In this document: positions 39,295 through 51,959 of the stretch, piece after piece
Numbering within the stretch: position 1 is the stretch's first letter
Layout: the number at the start of each line of letters is the position of its first letter
NCBI RefSeq assembly: GCF_006345805.1
Contig: NC_043002.1
Span: 81,530,001 to 81,594,000 of the forward strand
DNA length: 64,000 nt
Reading direction: 5' to 3'
Source of the DNA: Octopus sinensis
Taxonomy: Eukaryota
The notes under the pieces: generated by a model
Told to the model about the DNA's origin: nothing
Databases searched by the model: none
Seen by the model: only the letters and a program-made list of their open reading frames with translations
Program-made: the position numbers and the translations under genes

Positions 39295-39998
39295 GAAATT
39301 TAGTAATTAAGGACAATTTCTTAATAAGGAAAACTTAACAAGAAATTATCAGGTAGATAGCGTGAAAGACCTCATAAGAGAAAAAAATTTCGAAAATAAT
39401 TCTTTCTTATTGAACATATTAATTTATATATAGAGGGCATTATTATACATACATGCCACACGCTAAGAGGGACAAAATTAGTCATTTCTACCAAAAATTT
39501 TACTAATCCCACCGAATGCAATTTTTCAAAGTAAGACATTTAAAAATATAGACTTGTATCACCTGTGATTTCATACCTCTGTATTCATCTGAGGTCTTTC
39601 ACGCTATCTACCTGATAATTTCTTGTTAAGTTTTCCTTATTAAGAAGTTGTCCTTAATTGCTAAATTTTTATTCCGAAAAAACTTTTCCTTTCCCGAAAT
39701 GCAATTCGTAAAAGTCTGCCATTTACCGGATGTAATATATGTAAACTCACCCACGTGCTTCGTTGATGTTGATCAGTTAGCTGCTCGGCTTAGACGAGGT
39801 AGGGTCGTTTATTTATGATACGTCCAGGCTTGCTGATGAATACAGAGGTATGAAATCACAGGTGATACAAGTCTATATTTTTAAATGTCTTACTTTGAAA
39901 AATGCATTCGGTGGGATTAGTAAAATTTTTGGTAGAAATGACTAATTTTGTCCCTCTTAGCGTGTGGCATGTATGTATAATAATGCCCTCTATATATA
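39295..39998. mobile_element. HHR-bearing element (family F4) with interleaved inversions, embedded in (TA)n
   Basis: A 39295-39380 / A' 39590-39670 and B 39425-39589 / B' 39835-39998 are reverse-complement pairs. Confidence 0.8.
39826..39874 (+). ncRNA. Complete type I hammerhead ribozyme
   Basis: AGGCTTG-CTGATGA-ATAC-agag-GTAT-GAA-ATCA-cagg-TGAT-A-CAAGTCT: 7-bp stem I, 4-bp stem II, 4-bp stem III, all core nucleotides; predicted AUA cleavage after 39867. Confidence 0.85.
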
Positions 39999-40093
<95 letters not shown>

Positions 40094-40114
40094 ATATATA
40101 TATATATATATATT

Positions 40115-40535
40115 GGGAATGTGCCGAGCAATTGTTAACAAACAAAATTGTGATGTCAGAGGTGCGACAGCAGAGGAGGAACCTATTTTCAATGTAGCTG
40201 GACTATAAGAAAACCTTTGACTCTGTTCTCTCGTAGGCGCCAGAAGCCCTTTGATTTGCCAAAGTTCGAGAGAGCATAATCAAATCCATAGCTGACCCGA
40301 CTTCATCCTGGGCTTCCACCTTAGCTATAAGGATGTTTGCATTATCCCTGATAAAATACAGTTTCGCAGAGGTTTTATTCCAAGGAGGCGGCCTCTCTAT
40401 AACCTCCTTTTCATTCATGTTGAAGGAGTCTGAAAAGTATTTCATCGGTTGAAATACTAAACAGAAATACTAAAATTACACACTACGCTTTTTGTAGATG
40501 GTTTGAAGCCATATGCCAAGAATATGCCAAAAATG
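40115..40535 (+). pseudogene. R4/Dong-like LINE reverse transcriptase remnant
   Basis: EQLLTNKIVMSEVRQQRRNLFSM*LDYKKTFDSV, LFQGGGLS and KITHYAFVDGLKPYAK resemble RT motifs 3, 4 and 5. Confidence 0.7.
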
Positions 40536-40615
40536 AGACAGACAGACTGACGTAAAAAAAAAGTATGTATTGGCGTAGAGGTCAGCTATCCGACTGATGT
40601 GAATATCTCTTAGAG

Positions 40616-41415
40616 CAGTGCTGCTCTAAGTGGTGTTCCGCGGACCGGTGCCGGTCCGCGAGACATCAGCTACCGGTACGCGGCGAGTTTCCAGAAGAGA
40701 AAGAAACATGATAATATGCTTATAAAATGCTTATGTAATATTGTATTATTTGTTTACAAAATAAATTTAAGATAAAAAAATTATCAACTTTTATTATATT
40801 CATTATATATATCGTTTCCGGTATAAATTAATATTTCTAAGAAATATTACCGGTCCCTGGCACATTGGAGAAAAAACTGCCGGTACTCCACATCAGATAG
40901 TTTGGAAGGCGGCGAACTGGCAGAATCGTTAGTACGCCGGGCGAAATGCTTAGCGGTATTTCGTCTGCCGTTACGTTGTGAGTTCAAATTCCGCCGAGGT
41001 CGACTTTGCCTTTCATCCTTTCGGGGTCGATAAATTAAGTACCAGTTACGAACTGGGGTCGATGTAATCGACTTAATACCTATGTCTTCCTTGTTTGTTC
41101 CCTCTGTGTTTAGCCCCTTGTGGGTAATAAAGAAATAGGTATTAAAAAAAAAAAAAAAGAATACTGGCGGCGAGCTGGCAGAAGCGTTAGCATGCCGGGC
41201 GAAATGCTTTGCGGTATTTCGTCTGCCGTTACGTTGTGAGTTCAAATTCCGCCGAGGTCGACTTTGCCTTTCATCCTTTCAGAGTCGATAAATTAAGTAC
41301 CAGTTACGCACTGGGGTCGATGTAATCGACTTAATACCTATGTCTGTCTTTGTTTGTCCCCTCTGTGTTTAGCCCCTTGTGGGTAATAAAGAAATAGATA
41401 GTTTGACAGGCACTG
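40616..41415. mobile_element. hAT-like MITE (interrupted by a SINE dimer)
   Basis: CAGTG...CACTG termini; exact 8-bp TSD tcttagag (40608-40615, 41416-41423). Confidence 0.85.
40905..41395 (+). mobile_element. SINE-A head-to-tail dimer with A-rich linker
   Basis: Two full units (from 40907 and 41166); 10-bp TSD agatagtttg (40895-40904, 41396-41405). Confidence 0.85.
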
Positions 41416-41423
41416 TCTTAGAG

Positions 41424-41625
41424 AATCATAGAGAAAGAGGATAACTATGGACAACTACTTGGAAACCTCCAGCTTCTATATTCAGATTAGACATTACATT
41501 CATATTTATACTAATAGTAAATGGTGCACATGGTTTTGTGAGTGAATGCCTAAGTGACAATCTGAATAAGCTGGGGTTTTCAGAAAAAGAAATCAGCCGA
41601 CTAACTTGCACATTAGAATCTGTAA
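41424..41625 (+). pseudogene. R4/Dong-like LINE C-terminal (RLE region) remnant
   Basis: FIFILIVNGAHGFVSECLSDNLNKLGFSEKEISRL resembles the PIIVGALG.V...L..LG C-terminus of RLE LINEs. Confidence 0.55.
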
Positions 41626-41638
41626 CTAGAAATGTAGA

Positions 41639-42240
41639 AAGGCGGCGAGCTGACAGAAACGTTAGCACGCCGGGCGAAATGCTTAGCGGTATTTCGTCTG
41701 CCGCTACGTTCTGAGTTCAAATTCCGCCAAGGTCGACTTTGCCTTTCATCCTTTCGGGGTCGATAAATTAAGCACCAGTTACGCACTGGGGTCGATGTAA
41801 TCGACTTAATCCGTTTGTCTGTCCCTGTTTGTCCCCTCTGTGTTTAGCCCCTTGTGGGTAGTAAAGAAATAGGTATTTCGTCTGCCGCTACGTTCTGAGT
41901 TCAAATTCCGCCGAGGTCGACTTTGCCTTTCACCCTTTCAGGGTCGATTAAATAAGTACAAGTTACGCATTGGGGTCGATGTAATCCACTTAATCCGTGT
42001 GTCTGTCCTTGTTTGTCCCCTCTGTGTGTAGCCCCTTGTGGGCAGTAAAGAAATAGGTATTTCGTCTGCCATAACGTTCTGAGTTCAAATTCCGCCGAGG
42101 TCGACTTCGCCTCTCATCCTTTCGGGGTCGATAAATTAAGTACCAGTTACGTACTGAGGTCGATATAATCGACTTAATCCCTTTGTCTGTCCTTGTTTGT
42201 TCCCTCTGTGTTTAGCCCTTTGTGGGCTATAAAAATATAG
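41639..42240 (+). mobile_element. SINE-A trimer: one full unit + two 5'-truncated 184-bp units
   Basis: ggtatttcg at 41688, 41872 and 42056; single 10-bp TSD gaaatgtaga (41629-41638, 42241-42250). Confidence 0.9.
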
Positions 42241-43269
42241 GAAATGTAGATATATGCACGACTTTTCTCATGCTTAAATGTGGCATTGTTTTTCTCATCA
42301 CTGTACCCGACAATGGAGCTTTGTATCTTTGTTAGAAATTAGTTGCTTCCCTCTACAGAGGAAGAATTTAAATATTTTATATAATTAAAAACAGAAGAGA
42401 GCATAAATACATACATATTGGTCGATGAGTGTATTTTAATAAATAAAAGAGATTCATAAATACCTAGATAGGGAAATAGACAATAGAAATTGTAATTTCC
42501 TTAACATTTATCACATTTTACACTTTCTCTCTCATCCAAAACCCACACCTTACCCTACGTACACACCACACACACCACCACCGCCACCACAACCACAATC
42601 ACCACCACACATATAAACTCAAAAACACATATACATCACCACTACAAAATGAAATTTAGTTAAGTAAAGCTGTATTTGCGAATAGAACATACCGCTTAAA
42701 AATATAACAAGTGCTTTCATGACCAGCTAGAAATAGCAGTCAAGTCTTCTTCAAATCACCTATCTAGTATCTGCAGTAAAAGAGTGAACGTTTCACGAAT
42801 GTTGTCCTAATTACACAATGTCTCAAAGAAATATGGGATGGTCTCGGCTGGAACGCCATCGACGAATGTTCTTCGGGGACAAGGGCTAATCTGAAAGTAA
42901 ACGGCAAGAAAGCAACAACAGTCTCGAACAAAATAAATCGCGATGACAACCACAAGAACTCATGGAATCAAAGAACTTCAGAAATCAGTAATGAATAATG
43001 CTAAACAATAGCGACGACGACGGTGACGGTGACGATGACAACAGCAGCAGCAGCAGCAGCAGCAGCAACATCATCAACAACAGCAGCAGCAACTAGAGGA
43101 AGAACAGCAATGGGATACAAGTATTCTACGTCATACGCCAAATGTTCTTGACAGGAAGTCACGTGTGTTGGCATTGTTCCTGTCTTTCTGTTCCACTGTA
43201 TTACGCTGGCAAATAAGAAGAAGAAAAAATCAATTGAAAAACAGAAGTACATCATTTGAAGGGAAGAAA

Positions 43270-44061
43270 ACTTAAGAGAAGAAACAAACAAACAAAAGAG
43301 AAAAGAAAGAAAGAAAGAAGGAAGGAAGGAAGGAAAGAAACAAACAAACAAACAAAAATGAAGAAAAAGAATGTGAAAAACAAAGACATAAAGAAAGGAA
43401 AAGAATGAAATAAAGAAAGAAGCAAACAAACAAAAAACAAACAAAAGAAAGAAAAAGAAGAAGGAAGGAAGGAAGGAAAGAAAGAAAGAAAGAAAGAAAG
43501 AAAGAAAAATGAAGAAAAAGAAAAGAAAGAAAATTAGAATGAATGACTGAGTGAGTGAGTGAGTGAGTGAGTGAGTGAGTGAGTGAGTGAGTGTGTGTGT
43601 GAGTGAACGATAGAATGCGAAAAAGATAAACCGAATGAAACGTATAGGGAAAGAAGGAATGGAAGGAGCGAAAGAAGAAAGAAAGGAAGAAAAAAAGAAG
43701 GAAGGAAGGAAGGAAAGAAACAAACAAACAAAAATTAAGAAAAAGAATTGAAAAACAAAGACATAAAGAAAGGAAAAGAATGAAATAAAGAAAGAAGCAA
43801 ACAAACAAAACACAAAGAAAAGAAAGAAAAAGAAGGAAGGAAGGAAGGAAAGAAAGAAAGAAAGAAAGAAAAATGAAGAAAAAGAAAGAATGTGAGAAAC
43901 AAACACAGAAAGAAAGGAAAAGAATGAAATAAAGAAACAAACAAACAAAAAACAAACAAACAAAAGAAAGAAAGAAAATTAGAATGAATGACTGAGTGAA
44001 TGAGTGAGTGTGTGTGTGAGTTAACGATAGAATGTGAGAAAGATAAACCGAATGAAACGTA
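43270..44061 (+). repeat. Tandem duplication of a purine-rich low-complexity unit (~400 bp)
   Basis: aaattagaatgaatgactgagtg...agataaaccgaatgaaacgta occurs at ~43530-43644 and ~43975-44061; the second unit continues after the mariner at 45338. Confidence 0.8.
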
Positions 44062-45337
44062 CGAGGGGCGTTCAATAAGTAATGCCCCTGACCCACTTCC
44101 CATAGCTGTAGAGCAACGAAACTTGGCACAGCAATTAGTCTTTTTCTACATAGGAATCACCCAGAGTTACGCATTTCTCCCATCGTTTGATGCAGCTCTG
44201 AAGACCGTTTTTGTAGTAGACACCAGCTTGGTCCTCAAACCACGACGTGATTTCAGAAATCAAGGCTGCATCACTTGGGAAACGCTTTTCTTTCAAAAAC
44301 AACTTCATGGCTGGGAAGAGGTGAAAATCAGAGGGAGTAGGGGGATGGGGGAGGAGTTCATAGCCGCATGCCTGTGCTTCTGATCCGGCGACACGCGAGT
44401 TGTGGACCGGAGCGTTGTCCTGCAAGAGGAGGATGCCTTTGCTGATCTTGCCCCGCCTCTTGATTTTGATAGCTTCTCTTAATTTCCTCAAAAGTGAAGC
44501 ATAATAGGCTCCTGTAATTGTGGCACCCTTTGCCAGGAAATCTGTCATCACTACTCTGTCCTGGTCCCAGAAGACTGTGAGCATGACCTTGCCAGCAGAG
44601 GGCTGCACCCTTGCCTTCTTTGGAGGAGGCGAGTCACGGTGTGTCCACTGCATTGACCGAGCTTTGGTCTCTGGATCATAGTGATTGACCCAGGTTTCAT
44701 CCTGTGTAATCAGTCTTTTGAAAAATTTTGACTCATCTTCTTGGCACATCTCCAAATTCATCCTCGAGCAATCGACGAGTTTTTGCTTCTGAAAAGATGT
44801 GAGCAGCCTGGAAATCCATCTGGCAGACACCTTTTGCATATGCAAATGGTCATGAATGATAGTTTCCACAGACCCGGTACTAATCTTGACCTCATGGGCT
44901 ATTTGGCGAATAGTTATGCGTCGATCTTCCAAAATGGCAGCCTCAAATTGACGGACAGATGCCTCATCAATGGCAGAAGGGGCGACCAGATTTGAGAGCT
45001 GTTTCCACAGAGTTCCGACCATGTTTGAATTCACGATGCCAGCGTTTTACAAGGTCATATGATGGGGCATCATCACCATAAGTTGCTTTCATTTCATCAA
45101 AAGTCTCTCGTGGTGTGCGTCCTTTCAAATACAAAAACCGGATCACTGCTCGACACTCAACAGGCTCCATTTCACACTTGACTCAGTTCAAACACCTGTA
45201 AATCAGAAACCACAATTAGTTCAGAGCTGTAATTTTCCACTTAATCTATAAAGATATAAATAATTGCATATGCAAAATTTCAGCTAGATCAAATAGCTGC
45301 AAGTGGGTCAGAAGCATTACTTATTGAACGCCCCTCG
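44062..45337 (-). mobile_element. Full-length mariner (Tc1/mariner DD34D-type) transposon, defective
   Basis: 37-bp TIRs cgaggggcgttcaataagtaatgc(cc/tt)ctgacccactt with 2 mismatches, TA TSD. Confidence 0.95.
44135..45170 (-). pseudogene. mariner transposase, frameshifted, with a 5-codon deletion in the YSPDL(A/T)PSD motif
   Basis: MEPVECRAVIRFLYLKG... (44967-45170) + ...ITQDETWV...QDNAPVH...HPPTPSDFHLF (44135-45034). Confidence 0.9.
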
Positions 45338-46279
45338 TATAGGGAAAGAAGGAATGGAAGGAGCGAAAGTAGAAAGAAAGAGGGAAATAAATGAAGAAAT
45401 TAAAATAGGAAGAAAAAACAGGAAAATGATGAATAAAAGAGGGAACAGATAGATTAAAGAAAGAAAAATGAGGAAAGAAAGTAAGGAATAATTGAAGCGA
45501 GAAAAGAAGAGTGACAAAGAAGCTGAAAAGCTAAACGATGTCGGCGTAGATTGGACATACATGTCTTTTGAAGGAGGCAGAGTTTTTTTCTCTCTAAGGT
45601 GTACATATTTAATGCAGTTTAATGTTTAATGCAGTTGGGTTTACTCTGGAATATTTGGCTGCTATTTCTTGCAGGTACGAATTATATGTTGGTCGTCGTC
45701 GTCGTCGTCTTGTTCGTTGTCGTCGTACTTGCCGCGTCACACACATCGTCTTCGTTGTCATAGTCATCGTCTTCGTTGTTATTTAACCACGGATTATTCC
45801 TTAACATTCAGAGCTATGCTCGTATGCAAGGCAAACTGGATAATGTTTTCCCGTATACTTCAAAAGCAGACGAGACGGTCTCGGGCGGAACGTCTTGAGG
45901 CAGGGGTGGGAATTTGATCGATCAACCAGATTGGAGCTAAACAACAATAAGGCCAGCAAACAAAAATATATTACAACGCTTCATCAGATCATAACTAATA
46001 TTACTTTGCTTGCCACATATTTTCGAGGGTTGTGTTTTTAAGGGCCTTAAAGTGATACGTTAGCAACCTTAAAACTATGGAACAAATTCGTTAAAATAAT
46101 AAAGCACTTCCAAATGTTACGCTTTTAACAGCCTTGAAACTATGGAAGGAAACACAAGTAACTGAAACCGTTAAGATGATGAAACGATTTCAAATGTTAC
46201 TAGCAGTGCTCGTGGAAATTCGTCAATCTATAATGTGGTGTAGTGTTAGCTATAGACATCTCGGTTATAATATTTTGCC

Positions 46280-46667
46280 GTGGAGGCGCAATGGCCCAGT
46301 GGTTAGGGCAGCGGACTCGCGGTCGTAGGATCGCGGTTTCAATTCCCAGACCGGGCGTTGTGAGTGTTTATTGAGCGAAAACACCTAAAGCTCCACGAGG
46401 CTCCGGCAGGGGATGGTGGTGATCCCTGCTGTACTCTTTCACTACAACTTTCTCTCACTCTTACTTCCTGTTTCTGTTGTACCTGTATTTCAAAGGGCCG
46501 GCCTTGTCACTCTCTGTGTCACGCTGAATATCCCCGAGAACTACGTTAAGGGTACACGTGTCTGTGGAGTGCTCAGCCACTTACACGTTAATTTCACGAG
46601 CAGACTGTTCCGTTGATTCGGATCAACCGGAACCCTCGTCGTCGGAACCGACGGAGTGCTTCCATCC
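46280..46667 (+). mobile_element. Young tRNA-Arg-like-headed SINE with RTE-type tail
   Basis: A box tggcccagtgg, B box ggtttcaattcc; 11-bp TSD aatattttgcc (46269-46279, 46668-46678). Confidence 0.9.
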
Positions 46668-48031
46668 AATATTTTGCCATTTTCTTTATTATCCTTGGAT
46701 TAATTTCTAGGGAAAATCTTGTCAATTATCTTTGGCCATCTTTTCTCTTCTAGCCTGTTTTCTTATTCTGGTTTGTACAAAATATCTTTACCTATCGTCG
46801 TCATTCATATTTTGCCTTCTTCATTAACAGTTCCCATTCTGACCCATTTAGCTTCAGCTTTGTTGTTCATCATACGAAAACCTCTAGCTCTATTTCTTGT
46901 ATTAATTTCATTCCTCTCTTCCTGAGTTAATACTTCTCCTCGTTAATGATCTTCTTCTCTTTATTCCTAATTCTCATCTACTCTCTGTACGCTTTCTCAG
47001 TCTTTTACTATATTTTCTATGCTTCTTTCGATTCAATTCTTGCAGTCGTGCTTTACGATCATCGTCAGGTAAATAGTGACAGAGAGAGTGAAAGCCAAAC
47101 AAATGCTACTGACACGTGCACTCTTATACACATGGGCACACCCATACACATACAAGTGCTATTGGCCTGCGCACATATGCACAAATTCCCGTCATTCTTT
47201 CGCACATACATACACAGTGTGTAAGCATTTGTGTAACAATAACATCCAGATATGCACGACTGTATGTATGTGTGCATATGCCAGTAGAAATAGCATTCGC
47301 TTGAATCTTTCTTTAAGTCTCCCTCTCTTTCTCTCTCACTCTCTCTCTCTCCCCTCATTGTACAAACACTTTTCGATAGCGTGATGTATTTTTACACCAC
47401 AGGAATCTATCGTTGGCACTTCAATATAATAAATGCTTTTAATTAATTAGCCTTTGAAATAAGGGAATGAAATCGGAAACATAAGTGGTCTGTAACATGA
47501 TGATGAAACAATATTATGAGACCATTATAAATTTATGCCTCAAAACAGATATACAAATACTTATAAGACATGAAATTTCTACATGCGCCGATCTCGTATA
47601 TTAACACCAATAATACTATTACTACTAACACTAATTCTACTACCACCGCCACAACCTCAACTAATACTACGATGCTATATTACTATAACAATAACAATTT
47701 TAATGTCATACTGTATCACGCCTTAGAGAGAAGACTTAGAGATTATCATCAAACCATATCCCTCACCCTAAGGGCTGTAATTTATTTAGAAAACCTTGTT
47801 ATCTTTACGAAAATTCACTGACATAAATAATGTTTTATTTTTGTCACATGAAAAAAGAGACTATTGTAAAGATGCAACCACTGTCTGCGAAGATTAAATA
47901 AGGCAAAACAGTGTCTTTGACAATTCTTATACATACATATACAAAGATAGATTTAGATACACCAACTCATACACACCCACACACAACACTCGCACCTACA
48001 AAGAAACAAATGCATATCTCTGTGTTTCTAT

Positions 48032-48112
<81 letters not shown>

Positions 48113-48139
48113 ATGCACACATAGACAGACACATATATC

Positions 48140-48268
<129 letters not shown>

Positions 48269-48802
48269 TAATATATATATATATATACGTATACACACAC
48301 ACACAAATGATTATGTATACATATTCATTATAATGGTTTTTATATGTATATAAATGCGTGTGATCCCATGGTTGGTATCTCTGTTTATAAGCGTTTGATA
48401 CCACAATAAACGATACGAAAGCACAATAACAAAAATATCATCAAGAGTGACATCAAGAATAACAAACGTAATAACTAGACAAAGAAGAAGAGGAAAACGA
48501 AGAAGAAATCTAACAACAAGAACAACGACAACAAAAACAACAACAACAATAATAATGATATCGTGGTTTTCAGCATTTAAATGATAATGACATAATAATT
48601 TAAATATAACATTTACATAATAATGACAAAACAATAACAGAACGACAAAAATAATTATTATTATTATCGTTATTATTTATAGCTTAAGAAATGTACCAAG
48701 ATTTCCCTTTCTTGGACTATATTATTCTCGTTGTTGTAGCTGTTGTTGTTGCTGATGATGATGTTGGTGTTGTTGTTGTTATTGTTGTTGTTGTTGTTGT
48801 TG

Positions 48803-48835
<33 letters not shown>

Positions 48836-49055
48836 CGTCGTGTTCTTTAACATTGCAACTACATGAACACAGCAGCACCAAAACAAAGAAACAAGAAAAA
48901 TGACGATTATAAATAAAATTTTTAAAAAAGCAGTAATCGAAAAATAATCATGATATTTAGATATAAATATAATTACTTACATACATATATTAATACATAC
49001 GCACATACATACATACATACACGTACACACATATATTCCAACATATATATGTATA

Positions 49056-49133
<78 letters not shown>

Positions 49134-49270
49134 TATATGTGTGTGTGTATGTATGTGTGTATCTATATAAATTTATTCACGTACTTGAACATATATAGAC
49201 GTTTGCATATATATATACATACAGACATACATATATAGATACACACCACATATATATATATGTAAGTATG

Positions 49271-49326
<56 letters not shown>

Positions 49327-49991
49327 GACACAGACACATATATATCTATGTATGTATGTTTTATGTGCATGTATGTATATATGTATATATATATCACGTG
49401 TAAAAGATACGATGAAATTCTGTAAAATATAATCCATTGTAGCTTGTTGATTGATTTCCCAAAGTCATCGTCGACGTAAGAAGTTTTTCAAGGCGGAAAG
49501 ATTTGTCAAGTAATCGTTATTTGTTTTTCTTCGTGTTAAATTCAGTAAAGTTAAACTTACAACCGACGTGACACCATTTTCTCTGTCTTTCCCTCTCTTT
49601 ATCCTCGCATTGAATCGAGGAGCAAGTCCAAAAGCGTCAGATTCTTCACTACACGCAATAACTGAAATCGAACTTTTCTCAAATTTCACGTACGCCTAAC
49701 AATTCGAGGTTTTTGCACAGAGAGATTTGAAGCGGAAGAAAAATTTTTTTAGGGTCACAAGAGCTTAAAGTCCTCTATAAAATTCAAGATTATGAGATAT
49801 CTGGAAGGAGCAAAGCAGATAGTTTGAGGCCCTTTTTGAGGAATCCAGGATTCTAGCTACCCTAACCCATCCCCATATACACCTATTATAGGCTTTGGTG
49901 AAATTAGATAAATGCGTTGTTCGTTTCTTACTGTTTTCTGTTGTTTGTTTTGTGTTTGTTTATCTATAGTTTATATATATATGTATATATA

Positions 49992-50058
<67 letters not shown>

Positions 50059-50224
50059 GTGATTGAAGAAATGGAGTGAACGCAGATTGAACAGAAATCG
50101 TTTTATTCATTCTACGTTTCGAAGTGTTTACACGTGTTCAACGTGTTTGTGTGATTTTTGCTACTAAGGTATCGGTTAAACTGTGATTAATCTACTACAA
50201 GATTATTCATCTTTTATCACATAT

Positions 50225-50344
<120 letters not shown>

Positions 50345-50884
50345 TGTTGTCGTAAACTATGGATGCTTTCTTACAAAATATCTAATGCTCTTAGCTTAGT
50401 CTTTTATGGTGGGCAACCAGATTCGAACAGTCTCAACTGTAACTGCCTGAAACTGTAAGGACCATCTGGAAACTTGACTGACGAAAGAAGGCCACGAATG
50501 ACGCGTCCTGTTTTTTTTCCCGTCCTATTTATTGTTTTACCTGACCGCCTTTGTGTCGTCTGTTTGTCCGGATGTTTTATTGTCCTCTATTGCGTTTTGG
50601 TTCCATTTACACACACCACACACACCACACACAACCTGCGCAGATAATTTGTTTATTGTGCTCAAACGTCCGTGGTGCACATTACCTTACTCACTCCATC
50701 AAAATCGACGTCACTTGAACAGGTGCACTGTGTTCTACTCTTCAGCTGTCGATGTAAGCGCAGAGCTACGCGAGATGAAGTTTTCTCATCAACACAACGC
50801 ACTGCCTGGTATAGGAATTGAAAACACAATCTCGCAATTGTGAGTGCAGCATTCTAAACAGTTAGCCATACGTCCTCATGTGTG

Positions 50885-50924
<40 letters not shown>

Positions 50925-50982
50925 GTGTGTGTGTGTGTGTTGTGTTTGTGTGTGTGTGCATGTGTACATATATATATATATA

Positions 50983-51149
50983 TAGGCTCTGTAGTAAGAA
51001 GCTTACTTCCCAAACACATAGTTCCAGGTTAATTCCCATTTCGTGGCACGTTGGGCAACTTGAGCATGTGTCTTCTGCCATGGCCTCGGGCTGACCAAAG
51101 CCTTGTGAGTGGATTTGGTAGACGGAAACTGAAAGAAGCCCGACGTGCA

Positions 51150-51181
<32 letters not shown>

Positions 51182-51435
51182 AATATAGATATAGATATAG
51201 ATATATATATATACATGCATATATATACATATGTTTGTGTGTCTGTGTTTTTCGACCACCACCATCACTTGACAACTGATGACAGTCTGTTTACGTCCCA
51301 GTAAATTAGCGGTTCGGCAAAAACCCCGACAAAATAAGTGCTAGGCTTACAAAGAATAAGTCCTGGGGTCGATTTGTTCAACTAAAGGCAGTGCTCCAGT
51401 ATAACCGCAGTCAAATGACTGAAACGAATAAAAGA
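50983..51435 (+). mobile_element. tRNA-headed SINE with internal (TA)n and tail ending gactgaaacgaataaaaga
   Basis: Head shared with the 13740/22551 copies; tail related to 32000-32100. Confidence 0.7.
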
Positions 51436-51468
<33 letters not shown>

Positions 51469-51959
51469 TGTATGTATGTATGTACGTACGTACGTACGGA
51501 TGTATGTATGTACGTAAGTACTTACGTACGTATGTACGTATGTATGTATGTATGTGTGTATGTATGTATGTATGTATGTATGTATGTATGTATGTATGTA
51601 GTATATGTGCGTGCGTGCGTGTGAGGTCAGCATGAGTGATCTTCAGAGATTTTGAGTTGTAGTATTTGTTATAGCTGTTGAGAATGTAATGCAATATATT
51701 GTTTCCATGTTGTTTGTTGAGATTGTATCCTAGCAACAGACGGCATATAATAACCATGGTAATAAGTTCGTTCCAACTCGAATAAAACAAACCAAATACA
51801 ATCAATAAAATTCCTGAAGACAAAGACTAACGATAGTCTGTTGAGATAATAGAACAGTAAAAACAAAACAGTAGCTGCATATTACCATTAGGGGATCAAA
51901 TGATAAAACTCAGTTATACACCACACACACACACACACATACATGTGTGTGTATATAGG

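Noticed and set aside
43001-44129. Long hydrophobic Phe/Leu/Ser ORFs (320 aa, 285 aa) mimicking membrane proteins
   Set aside because: Antisense translation of duplicated GAAA/CAAA low-complexity DNA.
50110-50140. acgtttcgaag motif resembling a hammerhead 3' half (similar at 34265)
   Set aside because: No CUGANGA box or stem I at a compatible position.
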